This document shows, one piece after another, positions 38,185 through 52,946 of a DNA stretch of 64,000 nt. The translations under genes were made by a program, and so were the position numbers. Source of the DNA: the human T2T-CHM13v2.0 reference genome, Homo sapiens; the NCBI RefSeq assembly GCF_009914755.1, contig NC_060925.1. The stretch is one strand, 5' to 3'. Every line of letters begins with the position of its first letter. Position 1 is the first letter of the stretch. The notes beneath the pieces were generated by a model. That model was not told where the DNA came from, did not search any database, and was given only the letters and a program-made list of their open reading frames with translations.

Positions 38185-40902
38185 ACTCATATGTGTATAT
38201 ATTTAGGTATCCCTTCTTAATACTAGGTACATGTACACACCTATATCTATACCTATATCTACAGTTTTGCCACCTATATGAGGTACAAATTCATCAAGTT
38301 TTGATTATTTTTTAATAAGTGAAAAAACTTTATTAAGGATATTTTATATGTTCATAGCTATTTTCAATTATTATACTTATCAGAAGTTTATTTGATAAAT
38401 ATTTTACTATAAACATCTTTGTTTCTAATAGTTTCCTATTTTAATGTCTTGTACCCTTAGGGAAATCCTTAAGTTCTCCAAATAGATAACTTTTATTTTG
38501 CACACTCTGTATTGCATATCACAACACCTTGCATATAGCAAGTATTGAACAAATATTTCTTATTTGTTAATATAAAATAAAATAGATATAATGAAAGAAA
38601 ATCCTCTTAGAGTTAATTGCATCTAGAGTTACAATAAAATGAAAATTAGATAGTTTAAACAAATTTTAAGCATGTCTAAATAAAAGCTTAAATAATCCTA
38701 CAACTTAAATCACGTATCACTTTGAACTTTATTTTTATTTAAAACAACACTTTTTTTACTGTACATCAAATTTTCAATAAGAAACAATTATTTCATTATG
38801 ATCTTGTAGCACCGAAGTGGTTAAAAACCAAAGTAATATGAGCCCAAGAGACTTTTTTTCCTCACATTGTTTACATTTTTATCCCAGGATATTCAGCAAT
38901 TTCAGAGTTTGACTTGCTCAATTTGTGAGAAATTTTGTTTTCAGGGAAATCATACCAACTTTGCCTTCTAGTAAATTAAGAGTTCAGAAAAATTCCAATT
39001 CTAAAGATGTTTTGAAATAAAGATTATCTTTGCTCTTCAGATTAAATTGCAAGTCCTGAAGATTCTTTTAACCAGAAATTTAAACATGGCTTACCTATAC
39101 TGAGAAAGCATATTTTCCTCAAAAGAGGATATGGGAGTATATCCCCTATATTGTACATAAACCTACAAAACATACTAATGTGGGGTGTTATAAAAATTTT
39201 AATAAGTAAGGCTATGTGCAGCTGGAAATCCTTCGCTAGCCTGAAACATATAAGCAATTCACTCAAGACTCAGAAGTCTTAATTTTGCACCTTTTACTGA
39301 GTTTTCATTTTTATCCACAACAGTTTTATTTTAAAGGAATTGCTTTCCTACAGTGGGTTAGCACTATGATCAGAAAGAATATTTTCTTTTTTGCTTTTTT
39401 AAACAGAATTCAAAATCTAGCAGATCAACTGAAAGACAAGAAAAAATGTACAATAACCTTCTCAACATCCTCCCCCTCCTTTTCTATACAGTTGCCTTTA
39501 CAAGAAAGTAATTAATAAACATAATCTTTTGAGATCCCCTAAGTCTTAAACTATGCAAAATTCTACTGACACACAATCTTCCAATCATCAACAGCACTGA
39601 TCTTTCATGATGTTATATAAATTTGTTTTATATTTCATCCTGAATGTTTAGCTGTTTGAAAGTTGAAATTACTTCTTCTCTGATAACCTCCCCCCACCAA
39701 AAAAAAAAAGGATGATTTAGAAAGCAATACAGAATTCTGAGATGAGAATCATGAGATGAAGTTTCTATTCCTGAAAACTTGTTGCAAAAAAAAAAAAAAG
39801 TACATAATAATATCTGTCCCTAGCTCACACATGTCAAAAAGCAAGCAACTCATGGATACATTTTTTTGGTTTGGATGAAAGGCATTTTGTAAATAGAGGA
39901 TAGTATATCACTTTTCAATATCCTTAATATAATTTTGTTGAATATAAGAATCACTCAACAACTGCATCTGTCAATTTTTTTCTCATTTTTTCTGCATATA
40001 TTCTATTCTCTAAAAATTATGTAAAGCAATGATAAGGGAAGTTTCAAAAAGAAAAAGACTAGGAGGAAGTTCACTAGACATTTAGTGACATCGTTACTGC
40101 ATAATAAGTTTATAAATAACCTTTCTTTATGCTTTCCTTGATTTTTCCAAATTTAAAACAATGAATTCATTTTTTATAATCAGAAGAAATTTTAAATTGT
40201 TTAAATCATATACTTTCTGCCTCAAGAAGCACAATAACAAACTTTTCCATGCAATGGAAACACTGATAACCCAACTTTCCACAGTCTCATCTGCTGACAT
40301 CCTCGCCCCCTACCAACCCAGATGGTCAGGCTGGCCCCCAGGATCCTTGAATGAGCATTTGATCTCTCTCACTGAGTGCCTGATACAAAGACAAAACCAA
40401 CGCTTAGAGATAGAAACTCTGGAAAATGTCCTTTTTCAGGACAAGTACTTGGAGCCTTGCAGACCACCAATCAGACTCAGTTCAACAGGGGCTTTCTAGA
40501 GACATGGTCTTCCCCTTGGATGCCTGCAGAAGGCTTTCTTTCCTATATGAATCTGCCAGAGTTCTCAGCATGCCCTTCAGGGCAAGAACTCTAAATCAAT
40601 ATTCAATTACTTATGACTTTCAATTTTTAATTAACATGTGTCTCAATTGGATGGCTGAATGGTCCTTTGTACTTCGAGAAGTCATTATCAGGAGTGTTAT
40701 TTTCAGCTCCTTTAAAGACATGTATTTAATTATTTATTACATGTATGGTTTACATTGTGTCAGACCTCCAGGCACTCAGGGGGAGAGATTATTAAGCAGA
40801 TTAGAACCAGTGTCTAAAATTTTTCCATAGTGAGTTTAACTGAAGCCTAGCCAGGTAAGAATAAAAACACTTAAACATAATACAAGAAGAGCTGGTTGGA
40901 AG

Positions 40903-40903
<1 letters not shown>

Positions 40904-40935
<32 letters not shown>
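40904..40935 (+). repeat. (CA)16 microsatellite
   Basis: Direct reading. Confidence 0.97.
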
Positions 40936-40941
<6 letters not shown>

Positions 40942-41199
40942 ACTCTAAAACTGTATCTTTATGTAGCTCTTTGATGCCACATCTTCAAAAAAACACTGGA
41001 ATTTTTGAGAGACTAAATTCTTCACTTTTTAAAGAATATTTAATAGTTGGACACTTGCAAGAAGCTAGATAGCCTATTTATGCCAAAAATGCAACTTTTA
41101 AATGACCTGACAGAATAATTATATGTACAGAGCAAGTGTAATTTATTATTTTCACCTCTAAAACTCGCAAGCAAAAGTACTGTCAGTAGTTACAAAACA

Positions 41200-41420
41200 C
41201 CTACCATTTAACAAGCAGATTGCCATCCACCAAACACGCTAAGAGCCTCTATAAACTTTATCGTATTTAATCTTCACAGTCACGCAGGAAGGTAGATGCC
41301 ATTATCTCTGTTCTATGGACAGGGAAATTAAGTCTCCAAAGTTATTGTGCCCAGAATCACCCAGGTAGTAAGTGATGAGTGGGAATTCAAATCCAGGTGT
41401 GTTGTACCCCAAAACCAGGC
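41200..41420 (-). mobile_element. MIR
   Basis: 'atttaatcttcaca...ggtagatgccattatc...gtaagtg...gggaattcaaatccagg'. Confidence 0.7.
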
Positions 41421-42669
41421 TCTTTCTAAGATCTGGCCACATTTTCATGCTCATAAAGGGATTTAGGATTACAAATACAAGTGGGATTTTTTTCCTTAAT
41501 TTCATGGTAGTACACATTTTTAAAATATTTTTGTATGACCAACATTTATCATAACAAAATATGTTAAATGACTAGCATAATTATGTTGATATAGACAAGT
41601 GTGGCAGATGGAGGGCTCCAGTTTCTCTTTATTTTCAAATTACACAAAGACATTTACATAAGGAACAAGGTCTCACCACACATCCACGCCGAAGGAATTC
41701 TTAATGTCTTAGCTCTCATGTTAATGCGTTCTATCATTTGAAAACAGCTTTTGTAATTGCCAAAATGTCTGAGCACATTTGTTTCTAAATCACAGAAAGA
41801 TTGTGAAGGAAGTTAAATAGAAAATTAAGCAAGAGGCAAAACACAACAGCCTCTATACTGTCGACCTTGATTCAGAACAAATTATGTAGCTGTAAGCAAG
41901 AATTACTCAGCCCTTCTTCCAGGGCAGTCTTTGTTTAGTACACTCTGCTCAGCTCTAACAAAGGGAAATTGGTAAGAAGATAATTAGATCTTCTTTTTAA
42001 AAATGACCTAGCAATAGCATCTTTAAAACCACCTGCATCTTTCCAGAAAATGAAATAATACATAAATATAAATGTTTCATGCTGCTATCAAACATTGATA
42101 ATAAAGGTTTTAATATTTATTGTTACCTTTGGCCAATGCCTGAGTTTACTCTTTAGCAAGAGAGGCACAGTGAGGTAAGGATAGCCTTTGGGTACTACTG
42201 ATTGGGATGGTGTCAGTATTAGAATATCCCTGTGGAAAAGGGGGCTTCGACATGGCATCCTTAATCTTCTTAACATTCCCTTCTCTGCATTCATCTGTAA
42301 TCAGCTTTCTCTCAAATTCTAATAGATTCTTCTTCTTTTTTAATATAAGGCTCTGTGCTTCTTCACAATCAGAGATATTTAAATAATCCAAGATCCTTCT
42401 GTAGTCTACAGAAGGCGTTTTCCTAGCTGTGCCCTAGAGATTTCCTTGCCCCAACATTAGCAATGACTTGAGGCAAAATGTTTTCCTGTGAACATCAAAG
42501 TATTCTGAGCAGTTATCCAGACACCTTACGAATGTGAAGTTCAAACTTTGTTATCTGCGCCTCTCCCACCTGCTGGTAGTTAAAGCAAGATGGGGCCTGG
42601 AAGTCATGCCCAAAAATTGGACTGAATGCAGTCTGCACATTAGGACCTTGCAGTTAGTTAAATGATGCT

Positions 42670-42870
42670 TACTTTGTGCCAAGCGCCATTCTGAATGTTT
42701 TATTTTGTAAGCAGTAACTCACTCCTCACAAGAATCTTATAAGGTAAGTACAAATCATTATCCCCATTTTAGAGATGGTAAAACTGAGGAACAGAGATGT
42801 TAAAAAAAAATTGCTTATCAGTAAATGGCAGAGCTGGGACTTGAGCCCAGTCAACCCAAGGCTCTATGCT
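42670..42870 (-). mobile_element. MIR
   Basis: 'attatccccattttagagatggtaaaactgagg...taaatggcagagctgggacttgagccc'. Confidence 0.8.
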
Positions 42871-43197
42871 ATGCCATCCTGGCACCTGACATCAAAGCCA
42901 GAAGAAAAAGGAAGTTTCCCATCTCACTATCACCTCAGCATAACCCACTGCCACCTGAAATCCTACAACATGTTATCTTTCTCTTCTGATAGGGCAGCAC
43001 CACAACACACCAGCTCATGGCTGAGCTGCATCTCCTGGGAGATCCTACTTCTGCCCTAAATCTCAGAAGCGAACTCTCACTGAGCCCCTCATCACACATT
43101 CATCCTGGGGCAGTTGAACAAACTCAATGTCTTCACCCTCTTCACCCTCTTTAGCTCTTCTTGGTCATTCATACTCTTTTAAAGAATCTTTTATATT

Positions 43198-43495
43198 AAC
43201 CGGGCGCAGTGGCTCATGCCTGTAATCCCAGCACTTTGGGAGGTCGAGGCGGGCGATCACGAGGTCAGGAATTTGAGACCAGCCTGACCAACGTGGAGAA
43301 ACCTCATCTATACTAAAAATACAAAAATTAGCCAGACATGGTGGCGCCTGCCTGTAATCCCAGCTACTCAGGAGGCTGAGGCAGGAGAATCACTTGAACT
43401 CAGGAGGCGGAGGTTGCAATGAGCTGAGATCGTGCCACTGCACTCCAGCCTGGGCGACAGAGTGAGACTTCGTCTCAAAAAAAAAAACAAAAAAA
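43198..43495 (+). mobile_element. AluS (Sg/Sp-like)
   Basis: Full Alu, 'gatcacgaggtcagg', 'ggagaaacc'. Confidence 0.97.
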
Positions 43496-46400
43496 CTTTT
43501 TTATTAAAACTCTGTTCACAAGCAACAATTACCACCCAATGCCTTCTTCATCTGTGGGAGGAAGAAGTCTTCTACTGCATTCCAGCTGCCATTATTTTTT
43601 CTTTTCTGCAGGCTGGCAAACAGCATTATGAGTCTCCTATCACACACTTTTGGCCTTCTATTAGATTATTTAGGTTTGTATCTTATTTTTCCCACTCTTT
43701 GGTAAACAGGGAAGAAACATCTTTTTTTCTCCTTCTTTGTCTTTCCCAGAGCACCTTTGTTATTTGGGGACTATGCCTTCTTTCTCATGCTCAATAATAA
43801 CCAAATAAAGAAAAGGGTGTCCATGCCAGCAACTAACAAGGGACTATATTTGCAACTATATTTCCACTACAAAATTCAGCTTTTTGAAATACTGCCTCAA
43901 TTTATTTTCAAAAAATATTTTCCTTTAAAGTAATGCTTATTGTTCTTTGACACTGGTGGAATTGCAAAGGATGATGTAGTGTCATGATATCTTCTGTTAT
44001 ACCCTGATGGTGTTTGATTTACAGACACTATAATGGTAGAAAAAATATCTATCACAGTGACATCGATCGGTATTTTGGCTGGCTGAGGTTAAGCCATAGA
44101 GAGGGACCGTCAAGAGGGAAAACGTAGGGAAACTCCTTGCTCCTAACAGAGAATGTGTTTGATAGCTTCTAGTCTGGAGAGCCATTTCCAGACAGATATT
44201 TATAAATAAAGAATGTGGCATTCATTGAAATCATGTTACATAGTGTCTCATCAGAACAGTCTACCAGCAGCATGACTGCACCAACCCAGTTAAATATCAG
44301 GGGTTTTAGTTCCCAACCCCCTCCCCTCTAATGAATTAGAAAACAATTAACTCACTGACAAATAAAGTTATTCAAAACAACCAAAGCAATTGTGTGTAGA
44401 CAGTCTCAGATATTCAGGAGTTTTCAGTTTTGTAAATTGTTTTGTCTTCGAATGTCTTGTTTCACTATCTAGCAGATACAAAAATCTTTTTATTTGTTCA
44501 TTTGATGGGACCAATAGGGAAAAGAAAGAAAATTCAATTTAGTCAAAATGTATTATATACATAGACTATCAAGAGATGGAAGAGACCTTAGTAATTATTT
44601 AGTACACTGCCTAATTTCAAAAATGAAGAAAGCAAATATCAGAGTAAAGACATGTTCTTAAGGACACATGTCTCCTTAGCTATAAAAAAGATGAAGAATT
44701 TTGACAGCAGTCTCCACAAAGAGTACATTTTCTTCTAGATATAAAATGCCATTTCCTAGAAGCACTTCTCAATAATTACTACTGAAGAATTTAAAAAATA
44801 AGTTATCCAAAATGAAGATCAAAAATCTTGTTTTGCTAGGTGACTCTGAAGTCACCAATTGAGACAATATCAGTGAGACAATTATCTAGAGTCATGTAAG
44901 TCAACATTTTTCCTTCTTTTCTCTATTCTTTTCTGAGCCTACAAACTATGTATGGGAAATAAAATAACCTATAAATAACATCTTCTTAGTTTCTTACAAT
45001 CTCCCTCTTCACGTTGACATACCAATGGGAAAAATTTTAAAGGGACACAGTAAGGAAATGACAAGTCAAGAGACACAGACCCACCCTAGTAAATGTCAAA
45101 CATGCAAACTCCAAAGCTTGTGAGTCTCTCCTCTCTGACTGGGAAATTCACTCTGAATATGTGATCCATTTCTTGCCTTTTCAACTTCCAGGACTGCCCA
45201 GTCATACCTGGGGCTACTTCTTTCCCTTGGGCTCCACCAGCCTGTGGGCCACCTGCTCATCAGACAGCACTTTGAGGTCCTTGGACACAGACAAAACAAT
45301 CAATTGAGTAGCTGGTTTAGTCACTTTTAAACCAACTGTATAGCATTTTCTAGTCACCAAGCAAGAATTTTAACTTTCCACCCTCTTTTCCCTGGAGGCA
45401 CCCAAGTTAGATTATGGGATGTTGCAAAGGAAAGTGTGGAGGAGCTAAATAGATGTGTAATAAGAAATGATCATTCAAGTAAACAGAATTTTGTCTCATT
45501 TAAAGATTAAAGATTAAATTTTTAAAGATTAAGATTGCTTTTGTAATCATATCAAAAATTACTCAGAGGTTTTCTTAAAGATATATTGGATTACATGGTT
45601 TCCTCACTGGCCATCCTACACCACATAGGTTGAATGAAGAATTCACCCCCAACTCCACCCTTGGGATTTCATCAAAGAGGCCACCCTGAAGTTTCTGGCC
45701 TAGGGGCATCGTGATCTGAAACTCATCCATCACTGATCACCATCAACATCTGTCATCTACCTTTTGCTAAAGGTATCTTTCCCCTTTTCCCCTGCCTGTG
45801 ACCGCACTATTAAAGAGTTGCTTAAGTTTCCTGATACAAAAAAAAAGTATATATGAATAGCAAAAACATGTTAATTTAATAACACTGCTATCTTTGATTT
45901 ACATTTTAAAGGAATATTCTAATAAAACCATGACATAGTAATACAGAAAGGCTTTCTGTTTCAGACAGGATATAACAGCTACTTACTTTTCTTTAGTTTT
46001 ATCTTTTAATTTATTTAATTTCTTAAAGGCAACCACTGTTTTACTGTAACCTACTAAAACTGCAAAAAAATGCTTAAAGTACTTATACTTTCAGATTTAA
46101 TATTGGGGGAACAAACTTAAAACAGTAATTGAATTTCCACTTTATCTTATAATTTGCGTTCTTAGTAAGAGTATACTTTTAGAGGTATTTCAAGGAATTT
46201 CATTTTTTTAAAATGACTCGAAGCATTTCAACATAAAGGTACACTTTGTAGGTCAAAACTAGATTATTTTCCTTGAATTTAAGATGAATAATCTCCTTAT
46301 AAGTGTCTAGTAATTGTCTGCTTTTTTATTCATTAAAACAATTTTGACTATATATTAATGAAAGAAGAAAGTACCACTAAAATCTTCTATGTAGATTTTC

Positions 46401-46994
46401 TGAATGGGAAGTTTTGAGATTGTTTTTTCTCAACATTTTCCTGTTTAGCATATCTTTAACTTGTAACTTATTTTTTCCCAGAGTCAAGACACTGACTAAC
46501 AACAGTATTACTCAGCGATCTATGACACTAGAATATAATTTCCTTAGAATTACTTCCTAGAGGGTTAAGAAATTTCTCTTCCATCCCCACCCAAGAATAA
46601 TGCTGTTCAAAACTTTTACAAATATGTCCTGCAGATAAATATAACCTTTAAGATAATATGAGTAGTAAAAAAATAAAAGTCATATGAAGTATCCAGTTTT
46701 TCAATCAATATATTGAAGCTATAGGATGTTTACATGCTGCTATTCACTTCAGGGAGACCCAGAAGAGAATCCATATCTATTGTACAGGGAAATAGACAAA
46801 ACAACAGGAGTTTTAGCTACTGGACACCGATTAAAGAATAATGGGAAAACTTTTATGCAGCTAAAAACCTTCTGGGACTACCTGCTTTTAATGGACAGTA
46901 ACAGGTTTTGAAACACAACCTTTACAGGTTCTGTACAAAGGTCATTTATCTCTTGAAACTTGACTTGAGATTTTATTCATAGTGCCCAAACAAT

Positions 46995-47830
46995 AGTCAC
47001 TCATTCATTCATTCACTCACTCAGCACATTTTTTGTTTTAGCTTCTTCTATGTGCCATGTACAGGATCTACAGAAAGGAAAAGTATAGCCCCTGGCCTTG
47101 CTGTGCTTATAATTAAGAGATAACACAGACATGAAAACCAACAATCTGGGCATATCAGTTAAGTGTTATAATATGGGCATGTTCCATGTGCAATTGAAGT
47201 ATGGAAGAAGGACTGTCCACAGATGCTCTAATAGTCACTCAATACCTATGTAATGAGCACCTCAGTGTTAGATGCAGTACTTAGCACCAGGATTACAAAG
47301 ACGAAGAAGGAAACAAAAGTATACCACAATATGACCATTGCCATAGCAGAGATATGCAAAGATACCATAGAAAAACAAGGAAGGATATCTGGCTCAAGGT
47401 AAAAGAGACACATTAAGATCTTGAAAAGACATCAAATGTGTTTAAAGTACTTGCATTTACATATTTAATATTAGGAGAACAAACTTAACACACTGGCTGA
47501 GCTTGCACTGCTCTGATTTTCTTATAATTTGCCTTCTTTGTACATTTAAATACGAGAAGGATGTGTAGAAAACAGAAGGTCCTATGGCATGGGAGTCTAG
47601 CAGAGCCATGTTTTAAAAATGATGAGTAGTAGTTCTGTATGGATGGGGTGCAGGGTGTACCTGAGGGAAAAAGCAAGGTCATCTCAAGGAAGGAGGTTCA
47701 TCTTGAATACCAGTCTAAGCAATTTGGGCTCTGTTCCCTAAGCAATGAAAGCCATCAAATGGCTTTATAAGGAGGAAAGGTGTGATCAGATTTGCATTTT
47801 TTAGAAAAATAATTCCAGCAATTGTTAGGG
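46995..47830 (-). mobile_element. L2 fragments
   Basis: 'cattcattcattcactc...ctatgtgcca', 'aatgagcacct', 'gtgtgatcagatttgcatttt'. Confidence 0.65.
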
Positions 47831-47976
47831 GCTTGCCCCATAGAGTTTACATCCATTCATGAATCTGACTCCCACCCTATACACAGGCTCAGTCCAGCCC
47901 CATTCTCTAGGATACATCTTAACTGTGGGTAAGAACAATAATAAAGTGACCTTCCCAGGCATAACAAGCAGTCTGA

Positions 47977-48277
47977 GGCCAGGCACGGTGGCTCACACCT
48001 GTAATCCCAGCACTTCAGGAGGCCAAGGCGGGTGAATCCCTTAGGTCAGGAGTTCAAGACCAGCCTGGCCAACATGGCAAAGCCCCGTCTCTACAAAAAA
48101 CACAAAAATTAGCTGGGCATAGTGGTGCACACCTGTAATCCCAGCTACTTGGGGAGGCTGAGGCAGGAGAACCACTTGAATCCAGGAAGCAGCGGCTGCA
48201 GTGAGCAGAGATCACGCCACTGCACTCTAGCCTGGGCAACAGAGCAAGACTCTGTCTCAAAAAAACAAACAAAAACA
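47977..48277 (+). mobile_element. AluS
   Basis: 13-bp TSD aacaagcagtctg. Confidence 0.97.
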
Positions 48278-48504
48278 AACAAGCAGTCTGGCTCATTGTT
48301 GGTTCAGCTCTCACCGGAAGCCTCCATTCTCCACAACTGGTCTTTCTGCCTTTGCAATCCCTCCTCTCCATGGCTGGGGACACTGTTCTTGTCCCTATTC
48401 GACTGCATTTCTGCCTTCGGGGGCTTGACCTCTTTAGCATGAGTTTCTGCTTTTGCAACCTCATCTCTCAGGTCTGTGGTCAAACCCTGGTCATACTTCC
48501 CCAT

Positions 48505-48578
48505 TGATAGGGTTTGGTTGTATTCCCACCCAAATCTCATCTTGAATTGTAGCTCCCATAATCCCCATATGCCGCGGG
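48505..48578 (+). mobile_element. THE1 (C/D-like) LTR 5' fragment, ~74 bp
   Basis: 'tgatagggtttggttgtattcccacccaaatctcatcttgaattgtagctcccataatcccc'. Confidence 0.85.
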
Positions 48579-49090
48579 TGTTATTACACTACACTCTCCA
48601 GCAGTTATACCACTTTTGGCTTTTTTCTCTGAATCATCTTATTCTAAAGAGCTCAGAGAATTTAGAAGGTGTCACGTTTTATTGGACAGAAGTCCTGGTT
48701 TAATAGGGGAAATCTCTTTCTGACTAGATGATATATCAACTCACTTGTTTTTATAAAATGCAAATGACCTTTGGGATATAAAAGGTGGTAAGGTCTTTTA
48801 GTAGATTATTCTTCCACATTTAGCATTTTTAAAGCAAAGGTACGTTTATTCAAGATAAGGGCATAAATGATAATAAAGGCACGGAACATCAATTTGCTAT
48901 CAGACGGCAGGTGGCTTTGTGTCAGTTTCCCTTAAGATGCTACAGAGACTGTATAAAGTAGTGTACACATTTAAAATCATACACAACTTTTCAATGCCCA
49001 AGCCTCTTAAAATATTTATACATAATGATATTTTCACTTACATCTACAGCACTATAAAGCAGGAGAAAATTTTCTAAATTTGTTGCTGAA

Positions 49091-49386
49091 TTTTTTTTTC
49101 TTTTTTTTTGAGATGGGGTCTCACTGTCACCCAGGCTGGAGTGCAGTGGTACGATCATGGCTTGCAGTCATGACCTCCCAGGCTCAAGCAATCCTCCCAA
49201 CTCAGCCTCCTGAGTAGCTGGGACTACAGGCATGCACCACCATGCCCTGCTAGTATTTTATTTTTTTGTAGAGATGGGATCGCACCATGTTGCCCAGACT
49301 TGTCTTGAATTCCTGGACTGAAGCAATCCTCCTGCCTCAGTCTCCCAAAGTGCTGGGATTACAGGCACGAGCCACCACACCCAGCC
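49091..49386 (-). mobile_element. AluJ
   Basis: 'gatcatggct', 'ggctcaagcaatcctccc'. Confidence 0.95.
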
Positions 49387-49469
49387 ACACATTTTTTAAT
49401 AAAGAATATGTACGATGGAAAAGATATATTCAGACTTATATCTTTCTTGATTAGTATATTGTTATCATT

Positions 49470-49690
49470 TATTGTGTCTCTACTATGTATTGGGCATAAT
49501 ACAAGGTGCTTTAAATAACGTATATTATTTAATACTGGCAATAATTCTATGGTAGACATAATCTTTCTATAGATGAGAAAACTGAGAGGTTAAATGACTT
49601 CCCCAAAATCATATAGCTAGTATGAAATATGTCTGAAATTCAAATCCAAGCTTGTTTGATTCTAAAAGCGTTTTCTTTCTTTCTACCAAG
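49470..49690 (-). mobile_element. MIR
   Basis: 'agatgagaaaactgagaggttaaatgacttccccaaaatcat...aaattcaaatcc'. Confidence 0.8.
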
Positions 49691-49724
49691 CACTACACCT
49701 AGCATAAATTCAGGAAATTTTTTA

Positions 49725-49925
49725 GCTGGATTTTAATCACATCTCTGCAGATAACTATGTGATGTTGAGCTAGTGACTTAACCTCTCTTTTCTTCAGTTT
49801 CCTCATGTGTTAGAATAGGAATAAGAAGAACACCTACCAACTAAGAGTCTTGCTAAGATTGCATAAGTTAACATAGGAAAAGTGTCTGGAACTATGTCTG
49901 ACACATAATAAGTGCTTCAAAAATT
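49725..49925 (+). mobile_element. MIR
   Basis: 'gtgacttaacctctct...cagtttcctcat...acacataataagtgct'. Confidence 0.8.
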
Positions 49926-50181
49926 GCATCAAAAATTGATGGTGCTTAACATCATCATTATCATTATTATTGTTGTTGTTATTACTACAACACAGTGCTT
50001 CCCCCCCATGGGAAATTTCCCTTGACCCTGCATTTTTTTCCTCTTAAGCTAGAATCTCACTTCATGTTCCTCATCAGAGTTAAACTTATTGAAAGAGGTG
50101 TTTATGCTTGCTGTCTCTGTTTCCTACTCAGCTGTGGTTTCATGGTTTCTACTGCAGAAGGTGTTTTTGTTGAGAATTCCA

Positions 50182-50642
50182 TGGCAGAGACACCAAGGTG
50201 TTCAACAAAACTCATCTACTTTATCTTCTAGGAACACATTCAGACCACAGTTTCCAACCTCCCTTGCTGTTGGGTGTAGCCATGTGATTAAGCTCTAGCC
50301 AATTGAACGTGGGTCAAGGTGATGCAGCCCTTTAAAGGCTTTCACACTGTTTCTCTCTTCTTGCATATGCAGACCTTATGCTGAGGATTCAGACTCATAT
50401 TTTAAGGCGTGAAAGTATTACAGAGACACCGATTGAAAGGACTCATGTCCCTATATGAATATATGGAGCAGAGTATATATGCATGCACATGCAGACACAC
50501 ATGCACACACACACATACACACAGAACCACCACCTCACCCACAGCCAATTGGAAATTACACGAAAAATAAACTAGTGTTAAGCTATTGAAATGCTGGGAT
50601 TGTTTTTTACAGAAACTAACGTTATGTATATTAACTAATATG
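50182..50642 (+). mobile_element. MLT1 (I/J-like) LTR
   Basis: 'ttccaacctcccttgc...gccatgtgattaagctctagccaat', end 'tgttaagctattgaaatg...actaata'. Confidence 0.7.
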
Positions 50643-50814
50643 ATCACCTATGATATTCATGATATTCTATGTCTTTATCTTACTTGGCCTCTCAGAGAAT
50701 TTCTTCAAACATTTTCTTCTCATAGCTTCCATGACATCAGACTCTTCTGATTTTCCTCCTCCATTTCTGTGCATTCCTTTCCAGTTTCAGTTTCTGGCTT
50801 CCTATCCTCTACTT

Positions 50815-51008
50815 CAGGGGTCTACAGGCTTTTTCTCTAAAAGGCTGGATGGTAAATAGCTTAGACTTTGTAGGATACATGCAATCTTGCATAGTTTTTG
50901 TTTTCTATACAAGCCTTTAAAATAAAAAAAAAACCTTTCTTAGCTGCTAGGCATACAGGCACAGGCCCCAGCGAATTTGGCCCATTGGCTGTGGTTTCTG
51001 GACCCTTG
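50815..51008 (+). mobile_element. MER58 (C-type) hAT-Charlie
   Basis: 'caggggtc...ttttctctaaaaggctggatggtaaata'...'atttggccc...gtggttt...gacccttg'. Confidence 0.8.
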
Positions 51009-51727
51009 TTGTAGTTGACTGACAAATGTAGAAGTGCCCCATTCCTAGCTCAGCCTCATCTTCTGCTACCTTAGCTTCATACACTCTCCCTAGAGAATTT
51101 TATCCAATCCCATGCTTTAAACACACCTGTATATTAATGGCTCCTAGATAGATATCTCCTGAGCTGACATTTTCCTTGTGAAACAGACCAAAACCTACAA
51201 CTATCTACTTGGCATCTCCTCCTATTGGATACCTACTAGGCCTCTTATACATAAAAAACCTGAAGAGGGACTGCTGATCTCCCGCTTCAATGTGTTCCCA
51301 GCTTGACAAAGAAAACACCATCATCCTCAAGCCAAAAATATAGGCTCTATCCTTCATTTTCCCATTTCTCTTATTCCCCTAGCCCAATCAATCACTAAGA
51401 TGTGTTGTTTCTAGTTTCAGTATATATCTGGAATCCATCCACTCCTCTGCATCCCCTGAACACCGTCCTAGTTCAAGCCATTGCTGTCATCTTAAAACAG
51501 CCTTCTAACTGGTCTCCCTGCTTCCACTTTTGCCTCCCATAATGGATTCTCTAAAGAGCAACCAGAGTGAAAAATATTTAAACTAATTCATGATACTATT
51601 CAGAATTGAGTGTCTTCCCCTGGCTCTTAAAATAAGACCAAACTCCTTCCCCTGTAGGATGAAGTCTCTTCTTTTCTCATTTTGTTCTGCTCTCTATCTC
51701 CCCAACTACTCTTTGGCCATTAGCCTC

Positions 51728-52428
<701 letters not shown>

Positions 52429-52946
52429 GCCTCTTTCTGCACACTTGACTGTTTTCCAACACTCTATTTCCTTCACAGTGATGTTCACAATGGGTAACCT
52501 GCTTGTATTTGTAGTTATTTACCAATTTTTGTCTTTCCCCCAACACGTACATATGCCCTTATACACCAGAATTCAAGCTCCATGAGGGTGGAGATTCCAT
52601 GTGTCTTGTGTACCAGTGTGATGCCTAGAACATTAACTTGTATGTGTTGCATTTAATAAACTTTTGGGGCATAAGAGATGAATACATGAGTGAAAACAGG
52701 AAACAGTCTAGTGAATTCTAGTGACAGAATTTGTTTTGACTTTAATTTAGTGACACCAACACTAACTCCAGATAAACTGTTAGTTATTGATGGTATTTTG
52801 CTGCTGAAAATATTTCACACTTGTGCTTGCCTTTGTCTTTACTTTTCGTGAATACCAATGTGAGGCCAAGTGATATCTAATGTTATGAATGTTATTTTGT
52901 ACAGGAGGACATTGAGGAGGACGTTGAGGTTTCAGCAGATCACCAT

